Of a stretch of DNA of 64,000 bases, positions 28,461 through 38,477 are shown piece after piece. The notes below the pieces were generated by a model. It was not told where the DNA came from. It made no database searches and worked only from the letters and a program-made list of their open reading frames with translations. Position numbers and translations under genes: made by a program. Position 1 is the first letter of the stretch, and each line of letters starts with the position of its first letter. The DNA comes from a virus. The stretch lies in the IMG/VR virus record IMGVR_UViG_3300035695_000002, positions 1 to 64,000 of that record, one strand, 5' to 3'.

Positions 28461-28736
28461 ATGAATTACGAAGAAGAAATAAATAAACTAGTAAAGGAGA
28501 AAATACATGATCCTTTAGACGCAGAATTTGAAAGAAAGGTGAGAGATGAACTTTTACCAACTATGTTACTATCAGACTTTGTCACCACTGTAAGCGAAAT
28601 TCGTTGTGATGAATGTAATAAGATAGATAAGAGTTATATGGATGAATGGGAGGCAGCAGAACATTTCCTTGATGAAGGATGGGAGATTGTTGGAAAAAAA
28701 TGTTTGTGTAAAGATTGTATAAGTAAAAAAGATTAA
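28461..28736 (+). CDS. Small Zn-finger protein
   Basis: CDEC...GW...CKDC. Confidence 0.65.
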   Translation: MNYEEEINKLVKEKIHDPLDAEFERKVRDELLPTMLLSDFVTTVSEIRCDECNKIDKSYMDEWEAAEHFLDEGWEIVGKKCLCKDCISKKD

Positions 28737-28745
28737 TTAAATTTG
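28714..28745 (+). promoter_or_regulatory. Bacteroidota-type promoter
   Basis: ATTG-N20-TAAATTTG. Confidence 0.6.
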
Positions 28746-28753
28746 TAAAAATT

Positions 28754-29092
28754 ATGAAAAAGTTTAATATACCTAAAAAGGAAAGAAAAGATTGGATAAA
28801 TGCGTTATTGTCTGGAAATTATAAACAAACCACTAACACTTTAGCTCGAAGTGGAAAATATTGTTGTTTAGGTGTGTATGGAAAAGTAGTAGGAATAGAT
28901 GATTATGAAATGACAAATCGTGGTGTACCTGCTGAATTAAATTCTGATAATAGAACTAAATATCCTAGATGTCTTTTAGCTGAAAGTAATCAGAAAAGAT
29001 CATTTACAATGAAATTAGCTAATATGAATGATAACGGTAAAACATTTAAGCAAATAGCAACATATATTAAGAAAAACACTATAGGAGTATAA
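28754..29092 (+). CDS. Phage protein of WIxALxSGxYKQ..YCCLGV family
   Basis: Paralog of 17722..18174. Confidence 0.75.
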   Translation: MKKFNIPKKERKDWINALLSGNYKQTTNTLARSGKYCCLGVYGKVVGIDDYEMTNRGVPAELNSDNRTKYPRCLLAESNQKRSFTMKLANMNDNGKTFKQIATYIKKNTIGV

Positions 29093-29108
29093 ACAAAACC
29101 AATAAACT

Positions 29109-29966
29109 ATGGCAGTACAAGTAACACTAGAAAGCAAAGAATCTATTCTTCCAGGGGTGGATGAAATTACTCCTGTGACATCTACCAATCCAAGGGATTT
29201 AGTAGTAATTTCTATTCCTAAGATGGGAAAAGGATCAATTTTGGGTGAATTTACCAAGAAATACAACGCTCTTGTATTAGATTTAGAGAAAGGAGGATAT
29301 GAGTTTATAGAGGCTAGAAAGCTCTCCACATACACTTCCCAAGAGGATACTATATGGAATTCCTTTCAGAACTATGTCAAATATCGTAAAGCTCTATTAG
29401 AACAGAAAGGAAAATATGACTATCTTATTATAGATGGTCTTTCTGATTTAGATGAACTTTCTGTGATAGGAGGCACTATAGCTTATATGAACAGCATTAT
29501 AGGAAAGAAGTTTAATAGAGAAGGAGGAAATGAAGCTGGAAGGAAATATGAATTCGGAGAACCAGAATGGAAATCTGTACTTACACTTCCAGATGGTGCT
29601 GGTTATTATCATACAAGACAATGGTTTTTACAGCAAATCGAATTTTTTAGGCAAATTAGCCCTTATAGAATATATGCTGCTCATATAGTTGATAAGCTCA
29701 TTAAAGATAATGGGAAAGAGGAAATAATTGGTAGTGAAATAGCTCTTACAGGTCAATTAAAGCGTATATTTGCATCTAAAATGACCAGTTTAGCTAAATT
29801 AATAGCTGATGAGGATAGTAGATACTTAAATTTTGATGTATTAAATGACAGCATTATAGCTGGAAGTAGAGCACCTCATTTAAAAGGAAAAATTTTGATT
29901 TCTAAACAAGAGAAAGATGGTAAAATAACAACATTTTGGGAGAATATTTATAAACAAACTAAATAA
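29109..29966 (+). CDS. Sak4/AAA_24-like ATPase (recombination)
   Basis: PKMGKG, LDLEKG, LIIDG, LPDGAGY. Confidence 0.75.
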   Translation: MAVQVTLESKESILPGVDEITPVTSTNPRDLVVISIPKMGKGSILGEFTKKYNALVLDLEKGGYEFIEARKLSTYTSQEDTIWNSFQNYVKYRKALLEQKGKYDYLIIDGLSDLDELSVIGGTIAYMNSIIGKKFNREGGNEAGRKYEFGEPEWKSVLTLPDGAGYYHTRQWFLQQIEFFRQISPYRIYAAHIVDKLIKDNGKEEIIGSEIALTGQLKRIFASKMTSLAKLIADEDSRYLNFDVLNDSIIAGSRAPHLKGKILISKQEKDGKITTFWENIYKQTK

Positions 29967-29969
29967 ACT

Positions 29970-30929
29970 ATGAAAAAAGACAAGGAACAATTAATTAAGG
30001 ATTTCAAGAAATCTAACAAAGAACGTAGGGAGAAAATTGCTAAAGCTGCTGGATATAGCACAAGTGCTGAATATTTAGCTTCTTTGGAGACTAAAATTAA
30101 AGTGAAGAAAACCACTAAGAAGGCTACAAAAACAGCTAAAAAAGAGATGTTGGATTATGTAGTAGCTTTTGATACCACAGGGAGTATGATGTCATACATT
30201 GATGATGTTAAAAAACACGTAGAAAAGCTCATTCCTGAAATGTTTTCACAGGATATTGATTTAAGGATGAAAATTGTGGCATTTGGTGACTATTGTGATA
30301 TGCCAAGCAAAGATGTCTTTGGATATGCTTATCAGGAAATAGATCTTACAGATAATATTAGCGAACTTACAAATTTTGTAAAAGGTGCTAAAAACACCTC
30401 AGGTGGTGATAGTGAGGAATTCTATGAACTTGTAATTAAGAAAATTGTAGAAGAAACCCCTTGGAGGGAAGGTAGTAAAAAAGCTGTATTATTTATTGCT
30501 GATTATGATCCTCATAGAGTGGGGTATTCTTACAATCAAATAGTAAAAAATGCTCAAATTGACTGGAAAAAAGAGGCTCAAAAAGCTGCTGAAAAAGGTA
30601 TTGCATTTGATACATTAGCTGTACTAGGGGATACCTTCCCTTGGTATAAGGAGCTTTCAGCTATTACCAAAGGTGTATGGTTGCCATTTCAAAGTAGTGG
30701 TAAAACTTCTCACATATTTGCAGCTTCTGCATATGCTAGAGGAGGAGAGAAATCAAGAGCTACATTTATGTCAATGTCAGCTACAGCTTCTATGTCAGGA
30801 GATGCAGAACTCATCGGAACCTATAAATCATTAAGTACATTAATGGATACTCCTGCAACAGCTACAAGTAGCACAGGAACATTTACTAGCAGTACATCAA
30901 CAGGAACACGTAAAACTAAACTAAAATAA
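29970..30929 (+). CDS. von Willebrand factor A domain protein
   Basis: MIDAS FDTTGSM, FGDYCD, GGDSEE, IADYDPH. Confidence 0.88.
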   Translation: MKKDKEQLIKDFKKSNKERREKIAKAAGYSTSAEYLASLETKIKVKKTTKKATKTAKKEMLDYVVAFDTTGSMMSYIDDVKKHVEKLIPEMFSQDIDLRMKIVAFGDYCDMPSKDVFGYAYQEIDLTDNISELTNFVKGAKNTSGGDSEEFYELVIKKIVEETPWREGSKKAVLFIADYDPHRVGYSYNQIVKNAQIDWKKEAQKAAEKGIAFDTLAVLGDTFPWYKELSAITKGVWLPFQSSGKTSHIFAASAYARGGEKSRATFMSMSATASMSGDAELIGTYKSLSTLMDTPATATSSTGTFTSSTSTGTRKTKLK

Positions 30930-30934
30930 TAACT

Positions 30935-31465
30935 ATGAAGACAAAATTTGATAAGGTAAAGGTGGGAGATGTATTTTCCGAAGTACAACACTATAAAACA
31001 GTGAAAATTGCTGGCGGTAAGGTACAATTGAAGAATGGTTTAAATCAGGATATTGTAGTGGATAGCAAATATGTAGAAGATTGCCTAATTAGTGGTAACC
31101 AGTTTACTACAGAGGAGAAGGTTAATAAAACTGATCTCACTAAGCTATTTTTACAGAATCCTAACACTGTATTCACCGTTTCCTTTAATAAGCAAGTAAA
31201 GGAGGCTGATGTTGTGAAAGAAATCATGGAATCTTACGAAGGTTCTACACCTAAGACTATGGGAGATGCTATTAAGAAGGCTGTAAAACGTGGACTTACA
31301 GGTGAAGAAAGGGTGTTAGTGGGTTATCATACAGGATTGCAGGATGACTTCGGTAGGCTTCAAGTTTGGGATATGAATATCACAGATGGTAATCCAACTA
31401 GATTAGTTGATACGAGATCACTAAATTGGCTTATTTGTAAAGGAATCAAATATATTGTAAAATAA
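30935..31465 (+). CDS. Hypothetical protein, possibly WYL/SH3-like
   Basis: FTVSFNK...GEERVLVG...RLVDTRSL; immediately after vWA gene. Confidence 0.6.
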   Translation: MKTKFDKVKVGDVFSEVQHYKTVKIAGGKVQLKNGLNQDIVVDSKYVEDCLISGNQFTTEEKVNKTDLTKLFLQNPNTVFTVSFNKQVKEADVVKEIMESYEGSTPKTMGDAIKKAVKRGLTGEERVLVGYHTGLQDDFGRLQVWDMNITDGNPTRLVDTRSLNWLICKGIKYIVK

Positions 31466-31468
31466 GAA

Positions 31469-32188
31469 ATGATAGTAGATTCTGGTAAATACTTTCTATA
31501 TCGTCATATTCGTTTAGATAAAAATGAACCTTTTTATATTGGTGTAGGAACTAAAAAATCCTACATAAAGAACTGGGAAGCACCTAGTGCATATTCAAGA
31601 GCTACAGAGAAAGGAGGTAGAAATAAAATATGGAGGAATATTGTTAAGAAAACTAAATATGAGGTCGAAGTTTTGTTAGAGAGCGATAATGAAGATTTTA
31701 TCTTTGAAAAGGAGATAGAGTTTATTAAGTTATATGGTAGAATAAATCTAAAAACAGGTATTTTAGCTAATTTGACAGATGGAGGAAGAGGAACTAAATG
31801 TTTAATTCCATCTCTTAAATCTAAGATAGCTACTTCAATTAGAGCCAAAGGAAATACTTATAGAAGAGGAGTTAAACTCTCTAAAGAAACAAAGGCGATA
31901 ATAAGTGCTTCGCAATTAGGTAGAAAACTATTACCAGAATCTATAGAAAAAAGAACTAAAACAAGACAATTAAAAGGAAATTGGCATACTAAAAATAGTA
32001 AAGATAAAATAGGAAAGAGTAATTCTAAAAAGTTGATGAGACAGAATCTAATTGACAATAATATCGAATATTATGATTCTTGTCATGCAGCATCAAATAT
32101 TATAGGACTTTCTTATCAAAGAATATCCGAACTATGCAAAAATAATATGACTATGAAGGGATATAAATGGAGTTATGTAAAAAACTAG
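31469..32188 (+). CDS. GIY-YIG homing endonuclease with NUMOD3-like repeats
   Basis: LYRH..PFYIGVG, E..FIK.YGR, LANLTDGG, SKETKAIIS. Confidence 0.85.
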   Translation: MIVDSGKYFLYRHIRLDKNEPFYIGVGTKKSYIKNWEAPSAYSRATEKGGRNKIWRNIVKKTKYEVEVLLESDNEDFIFEKEIEFIKLYGRINLKTGILANLTDGGRGTKCLIPSLKSKIATSIRAKGNTYRRGVKLSKETKAIISASQLGRKLLPESIEKRTKTRQLKGNWHTKNSKDKIGKSNSKKLMRQNLIDNNIEYYDSCHAASNIIGLSYQRISELCKNNMTMKGYKWSYVKN

Positions 32189-32209
32189 AAAAAATTAAAC
32201 AAATAAATT

Positions 32210-33085
32210 ATGAGTGAAACAAAAAGTGGAATTGGTGGTAAAGTTAGGGAACAAAGTGATTTCTCAAAAAAAGTTGGATTATTCTGTGCAAAAGTGATTG
32301 CAGTGAATCCTGATAGAGAATCCTTCAAGGAGCTTCTAGGCATAGAGCTTAAAGCAGAAAGTAAGGCAGATGAATATGCTGGAGAGAGTAAAGATGGTAA
32401 TCCTACAATGAGGGTGAATTTCTGGCTGGAAGAAGCTAAATCTAAGCAAAAATTCAATGTTACATTCTTCTTAGAGAATAAAGTGAAAGAAAATAAGGAT
32501 GCTACAAAGAAGCAATATATTAACAATATTGGTGTATGTTCTTGGGCAGATGATGAAAATAACCTTCCTGATTGGTTTAAAAAGAGAGAATATAGAGAAG
32601 CTTATGTAGGAGAAGAGGAATTGTATAGTTTTATGCGTACATGGCTTGGAAAACTGGATTATAAAGATGCAGAAGCCACATTACAGCTAGAGTGGAAACA
32701 TCTCCTTAAAGGGAATATGAAGGACATTAGGAGTCAAATTAATGGAGAATTCTCTACAAATATTGTAGCTTTGGCTGTAGTTAAAAGCGTTGTAAAAGAC
32801 GAAGAAACTAAAGAATACCAAGGAGTGTATAATAGAGCCTTTTTACCTGAATATTCATTAAAACAGTTCAGATTGGTGGATTATAATAAACCTGAAATTA
32901 TTGCTGGTTTGAAAAAGAAGCAAAATAAGGACTTAAAACCACATGAACGATTTGCTGTACAGGTGAGTGATAGTGAATATGGCTGCAAAGATAGTTTTAA
33001 ACTTAAGGATTTAGCAGATTATAACGCTGAAGACTTCCTTGTAGGAACAAATGCTCCTATTAGTGCTGATGGTAGTGATTATTGA
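32210..33085 (+). CDS. Putative single-stranded DNA-binding protein
   Basis: Located between recombinase and primase; acidic/aromatic tail; own terminator. Confidence 0.6.
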   Translation: MSETKSGIGGKVREQSDFSKKVGLFCAKVIAVNPDRESFKELLGIELKAESKADEYAGESKDGNPTMRVNFWLEEAKSKQKFNVTFFLENKVKENKDATKKQYINNIGVCSWADDENNLPDWFKKREYREAYVGEEELYSFMRTWLGKLDYKDAEATLQLEWKHLLKGNMKDIRSQINGEFSTNIVALAVVKSVVKDEETKEYQGVYNRAFLPEYSLKQFRLVDYNKPEIIAGLKKKQNKDLKPHERFAVQVSDSEYGCKDSFKLKDLADYNAEDFLVGTNAPISADGSDY

Positions 33086-33105
33086 AGTTTAAATTGTTTA
33101 ACAAA

Positions 33106-33141
33106 AAAGAGGCTAGGGATAGAAATATTCCTAGCTTTTTT
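33106..33141 (+). terminator. Rho-independent terminator
   Basis: GGCTAGGGATA-gaaa-TATTCCTAGCT followed by T run. Confidence 0.85.
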
Positions 33142-33155
33142 ATTTATATTGCACT

Positions 33156-34166
33156 ATGATAAAAGGGAAGATTAAGACAGATTTGACGATGGATAGTATA
33201 CTAGGACTCATAAGTCCTTTTGACATCTATATGTATTATATGCCTAATAAGGATTGGAAACTTAATGATGTCACCTATAGCCCATTTAAAGTAGAAAATC
33301 ACCCTAGCTTCCTAATAGGGAATAAGTACGGAAACCTTTCACATATTGCCTTTAATGATACTTCTAAAAGAGGAGATTGCTTTAGTTTTGTAAAACAACT
33401 TTACAATCTTACTAATTTAGATGAGGTGTTAAGGAAAATTGATGGGGATTTTCAATTAGGACTAGGAAATGGTGTAAAAGGAGACTATAAAGTTATTACT
33501 TCCCAATATAAACAACCAGAAATTACCAAGAGAAATAGTCTTATTCAAGTGATTACAAGGAAGTTTCTAAAAGAAGAATTAGCTTATTGGAATGAATATC
33601 ACCAAGATTTACAGGATTTACGTGATAATAATGTTTATTCCATAAAAACGCTATATTTTAATAAACAGAAGTTTCCCTTAAAGGATACAGACTTAAGGTT
33701 TGGATATTATTATCCTAAAGGAGGATTCTGGAAATTATATATTCCTTTTGCTAAAAATAAGAAGAATAAATGGTTAGGTAATGTGCCCTTACAGACGTCT
33801 TGGGGACTAGAAAATCTAAATAAGGAGTATAATACTCTAATCGTAAAAAGTCTGAAAGATTATCTAGTATGTAAAAAGGTATGCCCTTATATATTTGGGG
33901 TGCAAAATGAATCATTAGCTGCTTTTTCTGGAGAGACTATAGATTATACAAAAGAACACTCTAAAGAAGTTTTTTATGGTGGAGATAGCGATGAACCAGG
34001 GAAAAAAGCTAGTTATTTAATAACTTCCACTTTAGGATATAGACATATAAACCCTCCAGATCATCTAAAAAATGAATGTTGTAAAGATTTTGCTGATATG
34101 GGTAAAATTAAAGGATTAGACAGTTTGAAACAACATTTTGTGTCTAAGAACTTATTATCTTTGTAA
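33156..34166 (+). CDS. DNA primase (Toprim, crAss-type)
   Basis: SPF..E.HPSF, GDCFSFV, KSLKD, DSDEPG, KDFAD. Confidence 0.85.
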   Translation: MIKGKIKTDLTMDSILGLISPFDIYMYYMPNKDWKLNDVTYSPFKVENHPSFLIGNKYGNLSHIAFNDTSKRGDCFSFVKQLYNLTNLDEVLRKIDGDFQLGLGNGVKGDYKVITSQYKQPEITKRNSLIQVITRKFLKEELAYWNEYHQDLQDLRDNNVYSIKTLYFNKQKFPLKDTDLRFGYYYPKGGFWKLYIPFAKNKKNKWLGNVPLQTSWGLENLNKEYNTLIVKSLKDYLVCKKVCPYIFGVQNESLAAFSGETIDYTKEHSKEVFYGGDSDEPGKKASYLITSTLGYRHINPPDHLKNECCKDFADMGKIKGLDSLKQHFVSKNLLSL

Positions 34167-34167
34167 T

Positions 34168-34818
34168 ATGAAGATTTGTAAAATTTGCAATTTGGATGAA
34201 ACTAAAATAACTTTTGAAAAAGTTAGAAAAATTTGTACTAAATGTAGAAGCAAGCAATTATTCATTTCTAAACAGAAATGGAAACAAATTAATAAAGAAA
34301 AAGTAATAAATACTTCCAAACTTTATTATATAAATAATAAAGAAAGATTAGATAGAAGGAATACAGATTATTATTTCAATAATAAGGACAAAGTCAAAAT
34401 AGCAAGAAATAAATATAGATCTAAAAATAGAGAAAAATTCAAATTAATAAAAAAGAATAGGTTAATTAATGATATTAATTATAAACTTTCTTTGAATTTA
34501 AGATCCAGAGTAAATTCGGCTATAAAAAGGACAAATTCTAGAAAAATAAGTAATACTACTAAGTTAATAGGCTGTTCAATAGATAAGTTAAAATTGCATT
34601 TACAGTCCAAGTTTCTTCCTACAATGAGTTGGGATAATTACGGGAAATATTGGCATATTGACCACATTATTCCTTGTTCTAATTATGATTTAACAAAAGG
34701 AGAAGAACAGAAAAAATGCTTTAATTACACAAATTTACAACCCTTATTTGCTATTACACAGATAATTAATGAAATTACTTATATAGGCAATTTAAACAAA
34801 AATGATAAAATATTATAA
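34168..34818 (+). CDS. HNH-like homing endonuclease
   Basis: CKIC/CTKC; MSWDNYG.WHIDHIIPC..CFNYTNLQPL. Confidence 0.85.
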   Translation: MKICKICNLDETKITFEKVRKICTKCRSKQLFISKQKWKQINKEKVINTSKLYYINNKERLDRRNTDYYFNNKDKVKIARNKYRSKNREKFKLIKKNRLINDINYKLSLNLRSRVNSAIKRTNSRKISNTTKLIGCSIDKLKLHLQSKFLPTMSWDNYGKYWHIDHIIPCSNYDLTKGEEQKKCFNYTNLQPLFAITQIINEITYIGNLNKNDKIL

Positions 34819-34821
34819 ATT

Positions 34822-35610
34822 ATGAAAATACAAACATATGAAACAACAAAACAACAGCTTATAAATACTACAATTCCTAGTGAAAGTAGGACATATAAGC
34901 CATTTTCACATGAAAATGTGATAGATTTAACTTTAGAAGCTATTAATAAAGCAGGATTTCAACTAGATAGAGAAAGTTATAGTGCTGCAAGAGGAAATAA
35001 TATAGCTACAGGTAAATATACTATCAAAAATGTAGCAGATAGCGAAATGCAATTACAGATTTCTTGGCTTAATAGTTATGATAAGTCTAAAAGGCTTACT
35101 TGGGGCATCGGAAATCAGGTCAGAATCTGTATGAACGGAATGATAAGTGCTGATTTAGGAGCTTTTAAGAAGAAACATCAAGGAGAAATCCAAGATTTTA
35201 CTCCTAAAGCTATTTCTGAATATGTAAAAAGAGCAGGAGATACATTCAAGGAAATGCAGAAAGAAAGAGAAGATATGAAGAAGGTTATTCTTTCAGATAG
35301 AGATAAATCTATCCTTATAGGACGATTGTTCTTAGAGGAGGAACTTCTTACTACTACACAACTTAATATTATAGCTAGAGAGGTTAAAATGTCCTCTTTT
35401 GATTATAAATCCAAGGATAGTGTATGGGAGTTCTATAATCATGTAACTCTATCATTAAAAGAATTACACCCCTCTCTATATATGGAAACATTAATGGGGG
35501 CACATAAGTTTTTTGTGAAGGAAACTGGTATTTCTGTACCCAATTCTCCTATATTTACAGACATATCTCCCAATCAACAAGTGATAGAATTTACTCCTGG
35601 TATAGTATGA
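34822..35610 (+). CDS. DUF932-like protein
   Basis: TYKPFSH, NSYDKS, ICMNGM, W.FYN.VT. Confidence 0.75.
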   Translation: MKIQTYETTKQQLINTTIPSESRTYKPFSHENVIDLTLEAINKAGFQLDRESYSAARGNNIATGKYTIKNVADSEMQLQISWLNSYDKSKRLTWGIGNQVRICMNGMISADLGAFKKKHQGEIQDFTPKAISEYVKRAGDTFKEMQKEREDMKKVILSDRDKSILIGRLFLEEELLTTTQLNIIAREVKMSSFDYKSKDSVWEFYNHVTLSLKELHPSLYMETLMGAHKFFVKETGISVPNSPIFTDISPNQQVIEFTPGIV

Positions 35611-36365
35611 CAAATTTAGATTGGGATAAATTCTCACCGTTATTTGGTACATGGGCTTCAAAAATCAAACCCTTCTTTGATAGAGGAGGGTTTGATCCTA
35701 TTTATACATTTCTTAAAAAAGAGAGTCTTCGTGGAAAATTACTCACTCCATTGAGTAATTTGGTATTCAGATGTTTCCAAGAGACAGATATAGATAATAC
35801 TCATGTAGCGCTATTATCAATGTGTCCTTATCATACCTACTATAATGGTTCTCCAGTGGCCGATGGTTTGGCTTTTAGCTGTGGTATAACTAATAAATTA
35901 CAACCAAGTTTGGAGAAGGTGTATGAAGGATGGGAGAATGAGTTATATGAAGGAATGAACCTAGATTATTATAAAAGTCCAGATTTAACATACCTTGCGA
36001 AAAGTGGTGTATTATTATGGAATTGCAGTCTTACTTGTGAAAAAGACAAGGCTGGTTCACACATAGAAATTTGGAGTGAATTTACCAAATTTATACTAGA
36101 GGAAGCATTAGCTTACACAGGAATACCTATTGTGTTTATCGGGAAGGATGCCCAGAAATTCAATAAATATGTTACTCCTCTAACTCATGGGCAAATATTT
36201 AATATTGAACATCCTAGTTTTGCAGCAAGAAGTCAGTCTATTTGGTCTACAAATGGTGTTTTTACTAAAATTAACAAAATAGTAAAGGACAATAATCATG
36301 TAACAATACCTTGGTTAGCTTCTAAGGAAGATATAGAATTAATAACAGCAGATTTACCATTTTAA
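35607..36365 (+). CDS. ung: Uracil-DNA glycosylase (family 1-like) with altered catalytic motif
   Basis: SMCPYH (cf. GQDPYH), ADGLAFS, PSL, GVLLWN, HPS. Confidence 0.85.
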   Translation: MTNLDWDKFSPLFGTWASKIKPFFDRGGFDPIYTFLKKESLRGKLLTPLSNLVFRCFQETDIDNTHVALLSMCPYHTYYNGSPVADGLAFSCGITNKLQPSLEKVYEGWENELYEGMNLDYYKSPDLTYLAKSGVLLWNCSLTCEKDKAGSHIEIWSEFTKFILEEALAYTGIPIVFIGKDAQKFNKYVTPLTHGQIFNIEHPSFAARSQSIWSTNGVFTKINKIVKDNNHVTIPWLASKEDIELITADLPF

Positions 36366-36367
36366 TT

Positions 36368-36598
36368 ATGACAAAAGAAGAATTAGTTAAAGAAGCTTTC
36401 AAATTCGCCAATGAAGAAGCAGACAAAAGAGGAACATTTAATACAAATGACTTAATTATATATGCATATAACCAAGCTATAGAAGATGCTGCAAATAATG
36501 CAATAGCCGACTGTAATATCCTAGCAGGAGATGCTAATTATAATAATATAGAAGTATATGTAATAAAAGGTTCAATTTTACAACTTAAGAAAACATGA
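36368..36598 (+). CDS. Hypothetical protein
   Basis: YNQAIEDAA..SILQLK. Confidence 0.65.
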   Translation: MTKEELVKEAFKFANEEADKRGTFNTNDLIIYAYNQAIEDAANNAIADCNILAGDANYNNIEVYVIKGSILQLKKT

Positions 36599-36948
36599 TA
36601 CTAGAGTGGAGATTTAAGCTATTAGAGAAATATAAGAGAATAGTGTGCGATGATGGGGATTTTTACACAACTAAGGGTAAAAAGCTTAATTTGAAGCCCT
36701 CTAGAGGAGGATATTTAAGAGTGAGAATATATAATAAAGGAAAAGAAATCTATAAATGGGCACATAGGCTTGTATATACAGCTTTTATAGGTGATTGTAC
36801 AAGCTTACATGTCCATCATATAGATAAAATTCAAACAAATAACTATTATTTAAACCTTTTAGGTCTTCCTCCTGAGAAGCATAGATATTGTCATAAGAAA
36901 AAAGTAAAACAATATACACCAGAGGAACTTAAAGAAGTTCCTTTTTAA
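36595..36948 (+). CDS. HNH endonuclease
   Basis: GYLRV..AHRLVY..VHHID...NN..NL. Confidence 0.8.
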   Translation: MILEWRFKLLEKYKRIVCDDGDFYTTKGKKLNLKPSRGGYLRVRIYNKGKEIYKWAHRLVYTAFIGDCTSLHVHHIDKIQTNNYYLNLLGLPPEKHRYCHKKKVKQYTPEELKEVPF

Positions 36949-36957
36949 TTATAGAAT

Positions 36958-37557
36958 ATGGAAGAAAATGTAAAATATGAACTAGAAATAGTACAAGATG
37001 AATATGCAGAATCTCCTGATAGTTGGGGTGATGATAATTTGTTTTTGGTATATGATCATAGACAATTTACTATTAAAAGAAAAGGATTTGAACCTAAGGA
37101 TATATTCAACCATTTAGATGCTAAAAGACATATTGAGAAACTAGTAGAAATCAATGGTCGACCATCTATAGAAGTGTATGGAGATGATTTAAATTCAGAA
37201 TATGAGAATTATTGGATATATGTAGTAAATGCTTATATTCATTCAGGAGTGGCTCTATCTTTAGGAAAACAATATCCTTTCAATGATCAATGGGATACGT
37301 CTACAACAGGATATATATTAGTAAGTAAGAAAGAGTGGAAAGATGAGGATAAGGCTAAAGAAACTGCTGAAAATCTTATAGAAACCTGGAATATGTATCT
37401 ATCAGGAGATGTATGGGGATATGTAATATCTAGAATTACCACTTGTAGTTGTTGTAATAAGGAAGATAAACAAGAGGTAGATAGTTGTTATGGATTCTAT
37501 GGAGAAGAGGAATGTAGAAAAGAAGGAGAGGATATGTTAAAACATAAGACTAAATGA
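36958..37557 (+). CDS. Conserved phage hypothetical protein
   Basis: YIHSGVALS..WD..YLSGDVWGY..DSCYGFYG. Confidence 0.75.
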   Translation: MEENVKYELEIVQDEYAESPDSWGDDNLFLVYDHRQFTIKRKGFEPKDIFNHLDAKRHIEKLVEINGRPSIEVYGDDLNSEYENYWIYVVNAYIHSGVALSLGKQYPFNDQWDTSTTGYILVSKKEWKDEDKAKETAENLIETWNMYLSGDVWGYVISRITTCSCCNKEDKQEVDSCYGFYGEEECRKEGEDMLKHKTK

Positions 37558-38411
37558 AAAAAGTATTCACAAATAGAGAACTTCCTCATATATGGGCTAA
37601 TCAGCTACAAAATGAAGGAAGAGGAAGTAATATGTTTTTTGAAGGACCTATTATATATTCCTATGGAAAGCATTTTCCTATAGCTGAAATATTAGAAAAA
37701 GAAAAAGTTATATTAGTAAACTCTAGTAATTATAGTATTACAACAAGTAAGCATAAAGGATATGTATGGAGAGCTATAAATAGAGAGAAATATAAGAGTT
37801 TTAGTGTTCCTGGTTGTTCTAATAACCATTCAAAGAATATAAGTATTTGGATGGATACATTTAATAATTATGTAGAATCTGCTTCTACAGCAAGGAATAA
37901 TAAAGAACTTTATCTAAATTCAGCTAAATACACCCTATCTACAATAGAAGAATATTTAGAGACTTTTAAACTTAATAAACTTAAGTTTAAAGGACTAAGT
38001 ATTATGCTAAGAAGAAAAGAGAATATTCTTCCTATAGAACTTGAAAATAAGATAAAAGAGCAAAAGAAAAGGAATAGAAGGCTTCTTTTAGAGGAAAAGA
38101 AACAGGATATTAAGGAATGGATAGAGGGAAATAGATCAAATCTTCCTTATAAAATAGATGATGTATTTTTAAGAGTGGTGCATCCTGCTGCTTTTGAGGA
38201 TGAAGATAGTCAAGTAGAAACATCTAAAGGAGCTAGAGTTGGATATAATAGTGCTAAATTGCTATATAGTATGATAAAAGCAGGAAAGGATGTAAAAGGT
38301 CATAAAATAGATGGATACACTGTAATAGGAATAAATGGTGTATTGAAGATAGGATGTCATCAAATAGAAAGAAAAGAAATAGATAGATTCGCAAAATCAC
38401 AAAATTGGTAA
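37554..38411 (+). CDS. Conserved phage hypothetical protein
   Basis: HIWANQ, YSYG.HFPIA, YS.TT.KH, IGCH. Confidence 0.75.
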   Translation: MKKVFTNRELPHIWANQLQNEGRGSNMFFEGPIIYSYGKHFPIAEILEKEKVILVNSSNYSITTSKHKGYVWRAINREKYKSFSVPGCSNNHSKNISIWMDTFNNYVESASTARNNKELYLNSAKYTLSTIEEYLETFKLNKLKFKGLSIMLRRKENILPIELENKIKEQKKRNRRLLLEEKKQDIKEWIEGNRSNLPYKIDDVFLRVVHPAAFEDEDSQVETSKGARVGYNSAKLLYSMIKAGKDVKGHKIDGYTVIGINGVLKIGCHQIERKEIDRFAKSQNW

Positions 38412-38477
38412 AAGTTAATAAAGACTAAGTATATTAGAATAATAATTCGTATATTTAGCCTTTTAAATGAGTAAAAA

